Assembly: GCA_016195325.1 (NCBI GenBank)
Contig: JACPZX010000019.1
Span: 8,628 to 72,627, forward strand
Origin: Acidobacteriota bacterium
GTDB taxonomy: Bacteria; Acidobacteriota; Polarisedimenticolia; JACPZX01
DNA: 64,000 bases
Direction of reading: 5' to 3'
Positions 17,880-26,917 of this stretch are shown here, in pieces. Numbering within the stretch: the first letter of the stretch is position 1; every line of letters starts with the position of its first letter. A program made the position numbers and the translations under genes. Under the pieces are notes generated by a model, which made no database searches, was not told the origin of the DNA, and saw only the letters and a program-made list of their open reading frames with translations.

Positions 17880-18836
17880 ATGCCCAAGAAACGAGCGAAG
17901 AAGGAAGACCTCCCCGTCCTCGCGAGCGCCGCCGCGCCGCCCGGCCTTCCCGCGATCCCCGAGGAGGCCCCCCTCCCCGCCGATCCCCTGAGGCGGTATC
18001 TCGCCGAGATTCGCGGCTTCCCCCGCCTCACGCGCGAGGAGGAGCACGCCCTCGCCGTCCGCGTGCGCGAGGGGGGCGATCGCGACGCGGCCGCCCGCCT
18101 CGCGACGGGGAACCTCAGGCTCGTCGTCCAGATCGCCATGGACTACCGCCGCTCGTACCTCAACATGCTCGACCTGATCCAGGAGGGGAACATCGGCCTC
18201 CTCCAGGGGATCAAGAAGTACGACCCGTACCGCGGCGTCCCCTTCTCCGCGTACGCCGGCTACTGGATCCGCGCGTACCTGCTCAAGTACCTCCTCGATC
18301 ACTGGAGCCTCGTGCGCGTCGGCACGACGAACGCCCGCCGGAAGCTCTTCTACAACCTCAAGCGCGAGCAGGAGCGCCTTCGAAGCCTCGGCATCACCGC
18401 GGGAACGAAGCTCCTCGCGCGGAATCTCGACGCCGACGAGCAGGACGTCATCGAGGTGAGCCAGGCGCTGAAGGGGCGCGACGTCTCGATCGACGCCCCC
18501 GTCGGCCGCCCCGGAAGCGACGACGACCGCTTCGTCTGGGAGACGATGGCGGCGGGGGGCGACGCCCCCGACGAGCAGGTGGCGCGGGCCGAGATGCAGG
18601 CGATCCTCAAGGAGAAGATCGCCGAGTTCGCGAAGACGCTGAAGGACAAGGAGCGCTACATCCTCGAGACGCGCCTCGTGGCCGAGGAGCCCGCGACGCT
18701 CCAGGAGATCGGCGATCACTACGGGACCACGCGCGAGGCGGTGCGTCAGATGGAATCGAAGCTGATCGCGCGACTCCGGGAATACCTGAAATCCGAGATC
18801 AAGGACCTCAGGCGCTTTGAAGTGAAGAGCGAGTAG
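17880..18836 (+). CDS. rpoH: RNA polymerase sigma-70 family factor, RpoH (sigma-32)-like
   Basis: Region 2 is NLRLVVQIAMDY..DLIQEGNIGLLQGIKKYDP..FSAYAGYWIRA. RpoH-box-like segment WSLVRVGTTNARRKLFYNLKR. Region 4 is LQEIGDHYGTTREAVRQMESKL. Confidence 0.85.
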   Translation: MPKKRAKKEDLPVLASAAAPPGLPAIPEEAPLPADPLRRYLAEIRGFPRLTREEEHALAVRVREGGDRDAAARLATGNLRLVVQIAMDYRRSYLNMLDLIQEGNIGLLQGIKKYDPYRGVPFSAYAGYWIRAYLLKYLLDHWSLVRVGTTNARRKLFYNLKREQERLRSLGITAGTKLLARNLDADEQDVIEVSQALKGRDVSIDAPVGRPGSDDDRFVWETMAAGGDAPDEQVARAEMQAILKEKIAEFAKTLKDKERYILETRLVAEEPATLQEIGDHYGTTREAVRQMESKLIARLREYLKSEIKDLRRFEVKSE

Positions 18837-20400
18837 AGGCCGCCTCGCGGAGCCGCGCCGCCACGCGCGGCTGGCCGATCATCTTCACGAACGGGCCGAT
18901 GCGCGGCCCCTGATCCTGCCCGCAGAGCACGCGGTAGAGCGTGCGGAAGAAGGGCCCCGGCTCGAGCCCCGCCTCCCTCGGGATCGCGAACGCCTGGTGG
19001 TGGATCTCCTCCGGCGTCTTCTCGAGGTCGAGGAAGTCGGCGTACTTCCTCACGAGATCGACGTGATCGGCCGGAACCTCGGCCGGCCGCTTGTTGGGCT
19101 CGACGTGATCGCGATAGTACGCGGCCGCGTGCGCGACGAGCTGCTCGAGGAAGGCGTCGCTCCCCGGGATCGAGCCGCGGTAGTTCCGCACGCGCCCCGC
19201 GATCATCGCCGCGTCGGCGATGCCGACGTTCGCCATCACGGTGAAGAGGAGAGTGTACGAGACCGGGTACTCGTACGGGCTCGCCGCCGGGAGATCGGGC
19301 CACACGAACTCCAGCTCGTCACGGAAGGGGTCGGGCTTCCCCTCGGCGTAGTGCTTTCCGATCAGGTCGAGGTACTCGTCCACCGTGCGCGCGACGACAT
19401 CCCACGAGAGCTTCTTCGCCTTGCGGGGGTTCTTGATCAGGAAGAGGAGCATCGACTCGCGCGGCGCGTACGTGAGCCACGTGTCGACGGTGAGCCCCTT
19501 CCCCACCGACTTGCTGATCTTGCTCCCCGTCTCGTCGAGGAACATCTCGTAGAAGGAGTCCACGGGCGGCGTTCCGCCGAGGATCCTCACGATCTTCTTC
19601 GACAGATCGGCCGACTCGATGAGGTCCTTCCCGTACATCTCGTAGTGGACGCCGAGGGTGAACCACCGGAGCGCCCAGTCGACCTTCCAGCCGACCTTCA
19701 CGCGCCCTCCCGTCACGGGCATCTCGGCCGCGCGACCGCATCCCGGGCGATCGCCGGTCGCCACGTCGCAGGCGTAGTCGATCGTGCCGCGATCGGCGTG
19801 GTAGCCGATGACGCGCGTCGAGTAGATGCGCCCGCACGCCTCGCAGATCGGGAAGAAGGGCGACCACTCGGCGCGCTTCGACTCGTGGAGGGTCGGGAGG
19901 ATGACCCCGCGGACCTCCTCCACCTTCTCGAGGATGAGACGGAGCCCCCCGTCGAAGACGCCGCTGCGGTACTGATCGTGCGAGGCCTTGAAGGTGTAGC
20001 GGAAGCCGTAGCGATCCAGCATCTCGCAGAGAAGCGCGTTGTTGTGGTGCGCGTACGAGGGGTGGCAGCCGAACGGGTCCGGGATGTCGCAGAGGGGCTT
20101 GCCGAGGTGCGCCGCCAGCGTCGCCGGCATGTTCAGCGGGACCTTGCGGAGGCCGTCCATGTCGTCGGAGAAGACGACGATCTCCCAGCCTTTGTCGGTG
20201 GCCGCCCCCGGGGCCGTCCCTCCCGCGCGCACGTCGCTGAGCGCCATCGCCACCCACGTCGTGCGCGCCACCTCGGCGAAGGTGCCGATGTGCGGCGCTC
20301 CCGATGGGCCGTACCCCGTCTCGAGGCGGATCGGCGCGGCGTCCGGGAAGACGGTAAGGATTCTCTCGGCCTCGCCGTACGGCCACAGCGTTCGCGACAT
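18808..20400 (-). CDS. lysK: lysine--tRNA ligase, class I
   Basis: 530 aa. HIGH-type motif SGAPHIGT and KMSKS-type motif KISKSVGKG. The overall N-terminus is typical of class I LysRS. The 3' end overlaps the convergent rpoH-like gene by 29 nt. Confidence 0.9.
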   Translation of the reverse strand: MSRTLWPYGEAERILTVFPDAAPIRLETGYGPSGAPHIGTFAEVARTTWVAMALSDVRAGGTAPGAATDKGWEIVVFSDDMDGLRKVPLNMPATLAAHLGKPLCDIPDPFGCHPSYAHHNNALLCEMLDRYGFRYTFKASHDQYRSGVFDGGLRLILEKVEEVRGVILPTLHESKRAEWSPFFPICEACGRIYSTRVIGYHADRGTIDYACDVATGDRPGCGRAAEMPVTGGRVKVGWKVDWALRWFTLGVHYEMYGKDLIESADLSKKIVRILGGTPPVDSFYEMFLDETGSKISKSVGKGLTVDTWLTYAPRESMLLFLIKNPRKAKKLSWDVVARTVDEYLDLIGKHYAEGKPDPFRDELEFVWPDLPAASPYEYPVSYTLLFTVMANVGIADAAMIAGRVRNYRGSIPGSDAFLEQLVAHAAAYYRDHVEPNKRPAEVPADHVDLVRKYADFLDLEKTPEEIHHQAFAIPREAGLEPGPFFRTLYRVLCGQDQGPRIGPFVKMIGQPRVAARLREAASTRSSLQSA

Positions 20401-20483
20401 GAAGGCGGATCTCCGTGCTCAGGATAGCAGCGCACCCCGCTTGGATCCTCATCGATCGAGGTGCTACGGTGCTGGATCGCCCG

Positions 20484-23400
20484 ATGAACAGACTCCTCTC
20501 CCTCCGCCCCGAAGATCTCGGCTCCCTCGCCGACGCGCGCATCGTCGCGCGGGGCCGGGAGTGCGTCCGCTGGGGGCTCCTCAGCGACCTCGTCGAGAAG
20601 CACGGGCAGATCGAGGCCCTCGTCGCCGAGCGTCACGGCGTGAGGTGCCGCGTCCTCATCCGCGAGGGCTCGCGGGGCCTCGTCACGTCGTGCACCTGCC
20701 CGCAGGCGACCGACAACGGCGAGACGTGCAAGCACATCGTCGCCGCCCTCCTCGCCTGGATGTCGCGCCGCGACGGCGGCTCGGGGGCCCCGCCCCTCGT
20801 GGAGGAGACGGCTCCCTCCCCCTCTCCCGAGGCGATCCACTCGCTGCGCTCCCTCATCCGCCTCGTGCGCGACAACGAGATCGAAGCCTCCTCCCACACG
20901 GGCAGCCTCCCCGAGATCCCTCGGGCGCGCCGCGCCTGGCGCCCGAACGCCCCGCGCGAGGCGGAGGTGCGTCACGACCCCGCCGACATGCTCGCCGCCC
21001 TGCTCCCGCGCGGCGTCCCGATCCGCGTCGCCGTCGATCGCGGCGGCCACACGCACGGCCTCGTCATCTCATTCCTGAAGGACGAGAGCGCTCTCACGAA
21101 GCGACGGAAGCACCGCAGGGTGGCCCCCGAGGCCACGGCCTCCGCCGCCGAGCCCGCCGTCACCCTCACGATCCCGCCGGGCGACGTCGGCGCCGCCCTC
21201 CGCGAGCTCGACTCCCTCGAGCGCGTGAGCTGGAGCGAGAGCGCCGACGCGCTGCGCGTCTACTACTCCCCGGTGCGCATGCGCCTCCACGCCGACTACG
21301 CGAAGGACGGCGTCCTCGTCCTGAGCCCCGTCGCGATCGTCAGGGACGGCCGGAGCGGCAGCCGCGTCATCGAGCCGATCCATCTCCACGAGGGCCTCGA
21401 CGGAACGGTGTGGGTCGAGGACGGCCCCGACACCCTTCGCCGCGTGGGCCTCTGGACCGCCCTCCTGGAGCAGTACTCCCCCGACTTCAAGCCCCGCGTC
21501 CTCGAAGGGCACGACGTCGTCGAGTTCCTCGCCCGCGGCCACGACGTGGGCTGGCGCGAAGGGCTCGATCCTTCCGACCGCGTCCGCGGCAGCCGCATCT
21601 TCGACGACGTCGCGCTCGCCCGCGTCGAGGTCGCCGAGGCGCCGGGAGGGTGGCTCTACCTCGACCCGATCTACCGCGCCGGCGATCACGCGCTTCCCCT
21701 CGCCGACATCCTCGAGGCGCAACGCGCCGGCGGCCTCCTCCGAAAAGGCGACGACTGGATCCTGATCCGCGGCGGCGCCGCATGGACGCGCGGGGCTCGT
21801 CCTCGCGTCCTCTCCGCCCCGATCGGCGTCGGCCTTCCCGCCGTCGAGCCCGTCGACCTGAGCGCGGCGGCGATCCCGGAAGGGGCCGAGCTGATTGACG
21901 GCCGCATCCGCGCCTCGAAGATCGCGTACCTCAGGAAGCGCGCCGAGTGGGGGCCGCAGATCGAAGTCGTCGCCGATCCCGCGGTCGCGCGCTTCGAGGC
22001 CTTCCTCCGCCGCGAGGGCCCTCCCGTCAAGGCTCCAAAGATCGTGGGGATGGTCGGGAAACTTCGTCCTTACCAGCTCGATGGCTATCGCTGGCTCTGG
22101 TTTCTGCGCGAGGCGCGGTTGGGGGGAATCCTCGCCGACGAGATGGGGCTCGGGAAAACGCACCAGGTCATGGCCCTCCTTCTCGCCGTCTACGCGAAGC
22201 CACCGGCCGACTCGACCGATCCTGTTCCGGGGCCGAGCCTCGTCGTCTGCCCCCGCTCGGTCCTCGACCACTGGGAGGCCAAGGTCAAGGCGCACGCGCC
22301 GTCTCTCGATCCTCTCGTCTACCACGGCCACGAGCGCGAGAGCGATCGCGAGCTTCTCGCCTCCCGCAAGCTGGTCGTGACGACCTACGGCGTCCTGGCG
22401 CGCGACATGGATCATCTCGCGCCGATCGCCTGGGAGCACGTCATCCTCGACGAGGGGCAGCAGATCAAGAACGCTTCGACCAAGGCCGCTCGCGCGGCCC
22501 GGAAGCTCCAGGCGTCGCACCGGCTGGTCCTGACGGGGACGCCGATCGAGAACCACATCGAGGAGCTGCGGTCGATCACCGACTGGGCTCTTCCGGGGTA
22601 TCTGGGGTCGGCGGAGTCTTTCCGCAAGAAGTTCGCCCGGCCGATCGAGTCCGGGGATCGAGTGGCTCTCGAGACTCTCAAGCGGGCGATCGAGCCTTTC
22701 AAGATGCGGCGGCTCAAGTCGCAGGTCTTGACGGACCTTCCGGCGAAGATCGAGGACGAGCGGCGCGCGGAACTGACGCCTCATCAGGCGGTGCTCTATT
22801 CAGAGATTCTGGCTCGGGCGGCTTCGGCGGGGGTTCTGGATTCTTTGAAGGACCCTTCGAAGACCGTGGACTTCGTTCACGTCTTCGCGGTCCTGTCTCG
22901 TTTGAAGCGGCTTTGCGATCATCCGGCGCTGGTTCTCGATGGCAAGCCGGCTCGCAACATGACTTCGGGGAAGTTCGAGGTCTTCAAGGAAGTCCTGTGT
23001 GAAGCGCTGGAGGCCGGGGAGAAGGTCGTCGTCTTCAGCCAGTACCTCGAGATGCTCGACATGATCGAGGCTCATCTGGACTCTCTCGGGGTGAAGCATT
23101 CGGGGCTTCGCGGGGCGACGCGCCAGCGCGGCGCGGCGGTTCGTGCGTTTCAGGATGATGAGACGTGTCGGGTGTTCGTCGCGTCTCTCCTGGCCGGCGG
23201 GTTGGGGATCGATCTGACGGCGGCTTCGGTGGTCATTCACTATGACCGGTGGTGGAACGCGGCTCGCGAGGACCAGGCGACGGACCGGGTGCACCGGATC
23301 GGGCAATCGCGTGGCGTGCAGGTCTTTCGGCTCATCACCAAAGGCACGCTTGAGGAACGAATCGATCAGATCATTCGGGAGAAGCGGCGGCTGGCGGACT

Positions 23401-23507
23401 ACCTCGTCGAGACGGATCCGGCGTTGGGGCTCAAGGCGCTCAGCCGCGAAGAGCTGCTTCGGATTCTGGCGCCGGTGGAGGCGCCGGTGGTCGTCGCGCG
23501 GGACTGA
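20484..23507 (+). CDS. SWIM zinc-finger / SNF2-family helicase
   Basis: From ATG 20484. SWIM motif CTCPQATDNGETCKHIVAAL. SNF2 motifs LRPYQLDGYRWL, ILADEMGLGKT, ILDEGQQIKN and LTGTPIEN. Helicase-C motifs are GGLGIDLTAASVVIHYDRWWNAAREDQATDRVHRIGQ. Confidence 0.85.
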   Translation: MNRLLSLRPEDLGSLADARIVARGRECVRWGLLSDLVEKHGQIEALVAERHGVRCRVLIREGSRGLVTSCTCPQATDNGETCKHIVAALLAWMSRRDGGSGAPPLVEETAPSPSPEAIHSLRSLIRLVRDNEIEASSHTGSLPEIPRARRAWRPNAPREAEVRHDPADMLAALLPRGVPIRVAVDRGGHTHGLVISFLKDESALTKRRKHRRVAPEATASAAEPAVTLTIPPGDVGAALRELDSLERVSWSESADALRVYYSPVRMRLHADYAKDGVLVLSPVAIVRDGRSGSRVIEPIHLHEGLDGTVWVEDGPDTLRRVGLWTALLEQYSPDFKPRVLEGHDVVEFLARGHDVGWREGLDPSDRVRGSRIFDDVALARVEVAEAPGGWLYLDPIYRAGDHALPLADILEAQRAGGLLRKGDDWILIRGGAAWTRGARPRVLSAPIGVGLPAVEPVDLSAAAIPEGAELIDGRIRASKIAYLRKRAEWGPQIEVVADPAVARFEAFLRREGPPVKAPKIVGMVGKLRPYQLDGYRWLWFLREARLGGILADEMGLGKTHQVMALLLAVYAKPPADSTDPVPGPSLVVCPRSVLDHWEAKVKAHAPSLDPLVYHGHERESDRELLASRKLVVTTYGVLARDMDHLAPIAWEHVILDEGQQIKNASTKAARAARKLQASHRLVLTGTPIENHIEELRSITDWALPGYLGSAESFRKKFARPIESGDRVALETLKRAIEPFKMRRLKSQVLTDLPAKIEDERRAELTPHQAVLYSEILARAASAGVLDSLKDPSKTVDFVHVFAVLSRLKRLCDHPALVLDGKPARNMTSGKFEVFKEVLCEALEAGEKVVVFSQYLEMLDMIEAHLDSLGVKHSGLRGATRQRGAAVRAFQDDETCRVFVASLLAGGLGIDLTAASVVIHYDRWWNAAREDQATDRVHRIGQSRGVQVFRLITKGTLEERIDQIIREKRRLADYLVETDPALGLKALSREELLRILAPVEAPVVVARD

Positions 23508-23665
23508 AGTTCCTGCTTCCGCGCTTGTTCAGGCGGGAGGGTTTGCTTACCGTGCTCGGGATTCTTTCGACTCTTCCTTCGGGAGTTGGCCGTGGTGGCA
23601 CCAGTGAGCGCGTTCGCCTCGAATCTCGCTTTCCCGTATCTCCGATTTCATCCAGAGCGCCTGAC

Positions 23666-24193
23666 ATGGCACTGATTCCACCGAACTCCGTCGCGCTCGC
23701 GGGAGAGTTTGCGGTCCTATCTCAACTCGTTCTTCGTGGGTATGACGCTAGCCTGACCATGGGCCACACGAAGGAGATCGACATCCTGGTGTTTCATCCC
23801 GCCACGCGAACCAGGTATGAGGTTGAGGTCAAGACGAATCTGGAACGCCGAAATCGGCCGACTGAGTCGAGGCTCTATGGACAAATCGTCACCGCTTGGC
23901 AGATGAACGAGAAACACGAACGAATTCAGACGCCCAGTCTGTTCTACTGTTTCGTTCACATCAACTGGAAGCGGGGCGATCCATCGCCCGACGCTTTTCG
24001 ATTCTTCATGGTCCCGAGCAAGGTGGTGGCGCAATACGTGCGCGATGAGCATCAATACTGGCTCGACGCCGACTCAGCGCACAAGCTTCAGCCACGTCGT
24101 CTCTTTCGGATCGGTCTTCCGAATCAGCGAAAACTTGGTCTCCCGTCGCCCTCCGCAGAGAAGTACGAGAACAATTGGCAGTTCAAGGTGTGA
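23666..24193 (+). CDS. hypothetical protein with a PD-(D/E)xK-nuclease-like N-terminal core
   Basis: From ATG 23666. GEFAVLSQLVLRGYDASL..EIDILVF..YEVEVKT resembles the D..(D/E)xK layout of Hjc/restriction-endonuclease-fold proteins. Local GC is clearly lower than in the flanks. Confidence 0.4.
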   Translation: MALIPPNSVALAGEFAVLSQLVLRGYDASLTMGHTKEIDILVFHPATRTRYEVEVKTNLERRNRPTESRLYGQIVTAWQMNEKHERIQTPSLFYCFVHINWKRGDPSPDAFRFFMVPSKVVAQYVRDEHQYWLDADSAHKLQPRRLFRIGLPNQRKLGLPSPSAEKYENNWQFKV

Positions 24194-24254
24194 GACACCA
24201 CGTGGGTCGAAACAGGTCGCAGCGCAGGCTGGCCAGCCTCGCCGGAGGAACGCG

Positions 24255-24283
24255 TTGACTTGTAGCCCCGAAGGGGCTACCAT
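24255..24283 (+). promoter_or_regulatory. sigma-70-type promoter with an embedded palindromic operator for the toxin-antitoxin pair
   Basis: TTGACT (24255-60), 17 nt spacer, TACCAT (24278-83). The GTG start at 24290 lies 7 nt after the -10 element, which suggests a leaderless mRNA. The spacer contains the perfect palindrome GTAGCCCC-GAA-GGGGCTAC (24262-24280). Confidence 0.55.
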
Positions 24284-24289
24284 CCCACC

Positions 24290-24571
24290 GTGATCAGGCG
24301 CGCTGTCATCGCGGAGCGGGCACGTCGGCAGCTTCGACGGGCTCCCGGACACATTGTAGAAAAGCTCATGGCGTGGATCGAAGCCGTCGAGGAGGATGGG
24401 TTGGAAGCGACCCGACGGGTGCGCGGCTTCCACGATGAAGCCCTCAAGGGGAAACGCCGAGGCCAAAGGTCCATACGACTCAGCCGCCAGTGGCGCGCGA
24501 TCTATGACATTCGCAAGGACGGCGGCGCTCAACTCGTGTCAGTTGAAGAGGTGACACCCCATGTCTACTGA
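24290..24571 (+). CDS. type II toxin, RelE/ParE (HigB-like) family
   Basis: 93 aa. GFHDEALKGKRRGQRSIRLSRQWRAIYDI..VSVEEVTPHVY is typical of the RelE-fold toxin C-terminus. It overlaps the downstream XRE gene by 11 nt. Confidence 0.75.
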   Translation: MIRRAVIAERARRQLRRAPGHIVEKLMAWIEAVEEDGLEATRRVRGFHDEALKGKRRGQRSIRLSRQWRAIYDIRKDGGAQLVSVEEVTPHVY

Positions 24572-24899
24572 GAGAGGCACTCCGCGCCGTAAGCGCGGCA
24601 AGTCGGACGCGATGACCTTCCTCGAGAAGTTGAGTGGTGGCCCGCTCACGCTTGCCGCGCTCCTTCGGTCCATCCGGCAAGGTGAGGCCAAGACGCAGGC
24701 GGAGTTTGCCGAAACGCTGGGAATCTCGAAGCAGCATCTTTCTCACATCGAGAACGGACGAAAGGTCGTCAGTCCAGAACGGGCCGCCCGATGGGCTTCG
24801 CTTCTGGGCTATGCAGAGTCTCAGTTTGTACGGCTTGCGCTGCAGGATGAACTTCACCGAGCTGGGCTTCGATACACTGTGACCGTTGGCGCGGCGTGA
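24561..24899 (+). CDS. XRE-family HTH antitoxin (HigA-like)
   Basis: HTH segment TQAEFAETLGISKQHLSHIENGRKVVSPERAARWASLLG. Confidence 0.8.
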   Translation: MSTERGTPRRKRGKSDAMTFLEKLSGGPLTLAALLRSIRQGEAKTQAEFAETLGISKQHLSHIENGRKVVSPERAARWASLLGYAESQFVRLALQDELHRAGLRYTVTVGAA

Positions 24900-24955
24900 C
24901 GCCGACGCCGGCAGGAGATCGCGCGGGTCAACCGGGTCTTCAAGGTATCGAGTCC

Positions 24956-25153
24956 ATGATCGACCTGCTGAGCGGCACTCCCGTCTTCTCCGGAACCAGG
25001 GTGCCTGTCCAAACGCTTCTCGACTACCTCGAAGCGGGTGATCGCCTCGACGATTTCCTCGAAGATTTCCCAACGGTGATTCGCGAGAAGGCGGTGGCCG
25101 CTCGCGACCTCGCTCGGGAGGCGCTGACCCAGCATGCGAGTCCTCCTCAATGA
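24956..25153 (+). CDS. DUF433-family protein (antitoxin-like)
   Basis: From ATG 24956. SGTPVFSGTRVPVQTLLDYLEAGDRLDDFLEDFPTV is the DUF433 signature. A GTG at 24896 (GTGA overlap with the antitoxin stop) is an alternative start. Confidence 0.7.
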   Translation: MIDLLSGTPVFSGTRVPVQTLLDYLEAGDRLDDFLEDFPTVIREKAVAARDLAREALTQHASPPQ

Positions 25154-25277
25154 GTGCCTTCCCAGTCGCCTGAAGCGGGAACTCGTCGAGCTGTGGCACA
25201 TCCCCCGGCAGGACTCATTCCCTCCGCCGCCGCGGAAAATGCTCGCGCGTCGTCGACAACGCGGGGTGGTAGGCTGA
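25134..25277 (+). pseudogene. remnant of a DUF5615 (PIN-like, Mut7-C-type) toxin gene
   Basis: 47-codon ORF not in the track. MRVLLNECLPSRLKRELV matches the conserved N-terminus of the PIN-like partners of DUF433. The rest (ELWHIPRQDSFPPPPRKMLARRRQRGVVG) is unrelated and ends early. Confidence 0.35.
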
Positions 25278-25283
25278 TGCGCG

Positions 25284-25787
25284 ATGGCGCACGAGAGGGC
25301 TGGTGACGTGCAGGAAGAAGATCGACTCGTAGAGAAGCTCCGAAAGATCGAGGCTCTTTTTGCCAGACCCTCGACGGACGGCGAACGCATCGCCGCCGGC
25401 AACGCGCTCGAACGGATTCGCGCCCGCCTCCGTCAGCTCGAGGCGTCGGAGCCTCCCGTCGAGTACCGGTTCTCACTGTCCGACATCTGGTCGCAGTCGC
25501 TCTTCGTCGCGCTTCTTCGCCGGTATGGTCTCAAGCCCTACCGTTATCCGGGGCAGCGAAGGACGACTCTGATGGCACGGGTGACCCGGAGCTTCGTGAA
25601 CGACACGCTCTGGCCCGAGTTCCAGCAGTTGAACGAGACGCTCCGCGAACATCTTGCCGAGGTCACGCAGCGGATCATCGCGCAGGCAATCTGTCCGGAT
25701 GTCTCCGAGGCCGAAGTTCGGGCCGAACCGGCGGGCATGGAGGGCAAGGCGTCGGCGCCCGTGCAATCCGCGTTCGAATCCATGTGA
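25284..25787 (+). CDS. hypothetical protein (167 aa), N-terminus DUF2786-like
   Basis: ORF as given. LVEKLRKIEALFARPSTDGERIAAGNALERIRARL resembles the DUF2786 helix pair. The remainder was not recognised. Confidence 0.5.
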   Translation: MAHERAGDVQEEDRLVEKLRKIEALFARPSTDGERIAAGNALERIRARLRQLEASEPPVEYRFSLSDIWSQSLFVALLRRYGLKPYRYPGQRRTTLMARVTRSFVNDTLWPEFQQLNETLREHLAEVTQRIIAQAICPDVSEAEVRAEPAGMEGKASAPVQSAFESM

Positions 25788-25894
25788 GAGGGTGGGGACC
25801 CGGATCTCGCCTCGAGTTCTCGCCATCATGAAACAGCACTGGTTCGAGACCCCTGTGACGACACCCATGGTTCGACCGAGGGAATGAGGCGCAG

Positions 25895-26917
25895 ATGACC
25901 AGCTCCGGCTCGCGCCCCGGCGGCGAGGTCGTCGTCTATCAGGCCCCGGACGGCGAGGTTCGGGTCGACGTCAGGCTGGATCGGGATACCGTCTGGCTCT
26001 CCCTCAACCAGATGGCGGACCTGTTCGACCGCGACAAGTCGGTGATCTCACGGCACTTGCGAAACGTCTTCGGGTCTCGGGAACTGGAGCGAACGGCAAC
26101 TGTTGCAAGAAATGCAACAGTTCAGCGCGAGGCCGGCCGTGAGGTTGTTCGAGAGATCGACTACTTCAACCTCGACGCCATCCTCTCGGTCGGCTACCGC
26201 GTCAACTCGAAGCGAGGCACCCAGTTCCGCATCTGGGCCACGCGCACTCTTCGGGAGCACCTCGTCCGGGGCTACACGCTGAACCAGCGACGGCTGGCCG
26301 AGCGCGGCCTGGGCGACATCGAGCAGGCCGTCGCGCTGATGGCGAGGACGCTCAAGACCCACGCCCTGGTGACCGAGGAAGGGCGAGCCGTCCTCGACGT
26401 GGTCCGCCAGTACACGCGGGCCTGGCGCCTGCTTCTCGAGTTCGACGAGGAGCGGCTAGCCGAAGGGCCGGCGCGGCCCCTCCCGCCCCGAGTGCCGATC
26501 GCCCTCGACGAGGTCCGAGCTGCCGTCGCCGCGCTGCGCGACGAGCTCTTGAAACGAAAGGAAGCCGGAACGCTCTTCGGCCAGGAAATGGGCGAAGGAC
26601 TGGCCCGGATCGTCGGCGCGATCGAGCAGAGCTTCGACGGCGCCCCGCTCTACCCGAGCGCGCAGACCCGGGCCGCGCACATCCTTTACTTCGTGATCAA
26701 GGATCATCCCTTCGGCGACGGCAACAAGCGCATCGGCAGCCTGTTGTTCCTGGATTACCTGAGGCGCCACGAAATCTTATTGCGGCGCGACGGAACCCTC
26801 CGCCTGGCCGACAACGCCATGGTTGCGCTGGCGCTCCTGATCGCGGAGAGCGAACCACGTCAGAAGGAACTCATGACCCGCCTCGTCCTGAACCTGCTCG
26901 GAGACGAGGTGTCGTGA
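25895..26917 (+). CDS. RhuM-family / Fic-DOC fusion protein
   Basis: The N-terminal half has VWLSLNQMADLFDRDKSVISRHL..ILSVGYRVNSKRGTQFRIWATRTL (RhuM). The C-terminal half carries the Fic/Doc motif HPFGDGNKRIGSLL. Confidence 0.85.
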   Translation: MTSSGSRPGGEVVVYQAPDGEVRVDVRLDRDTVWLSLNQMADLFDRDKSVISRHLRNVFGSRELERTATVARNATVQREAGREVVREIDYFNLDAILSVGYRVNSKRGTQFRIWATRTLREHLVRGYTLNQRRLAERGLGDIEQAVALMARTLKTHALVTEEGRAVLDVVRQYTRAWRLLLEFDEERLAEGPARPLPPRVPIALDEVRAAVAALRDELLKRKEAGTLFGQEMGEGLARIVGAIEQSFDGAPLYPSAQTRAAHILYFVIKDHPFGDGNKRIGSLLFLDYLRRHEILLRRDGTLRLADNAMVALALLIAESEPRQKELMTRLVLNLLGDEVS

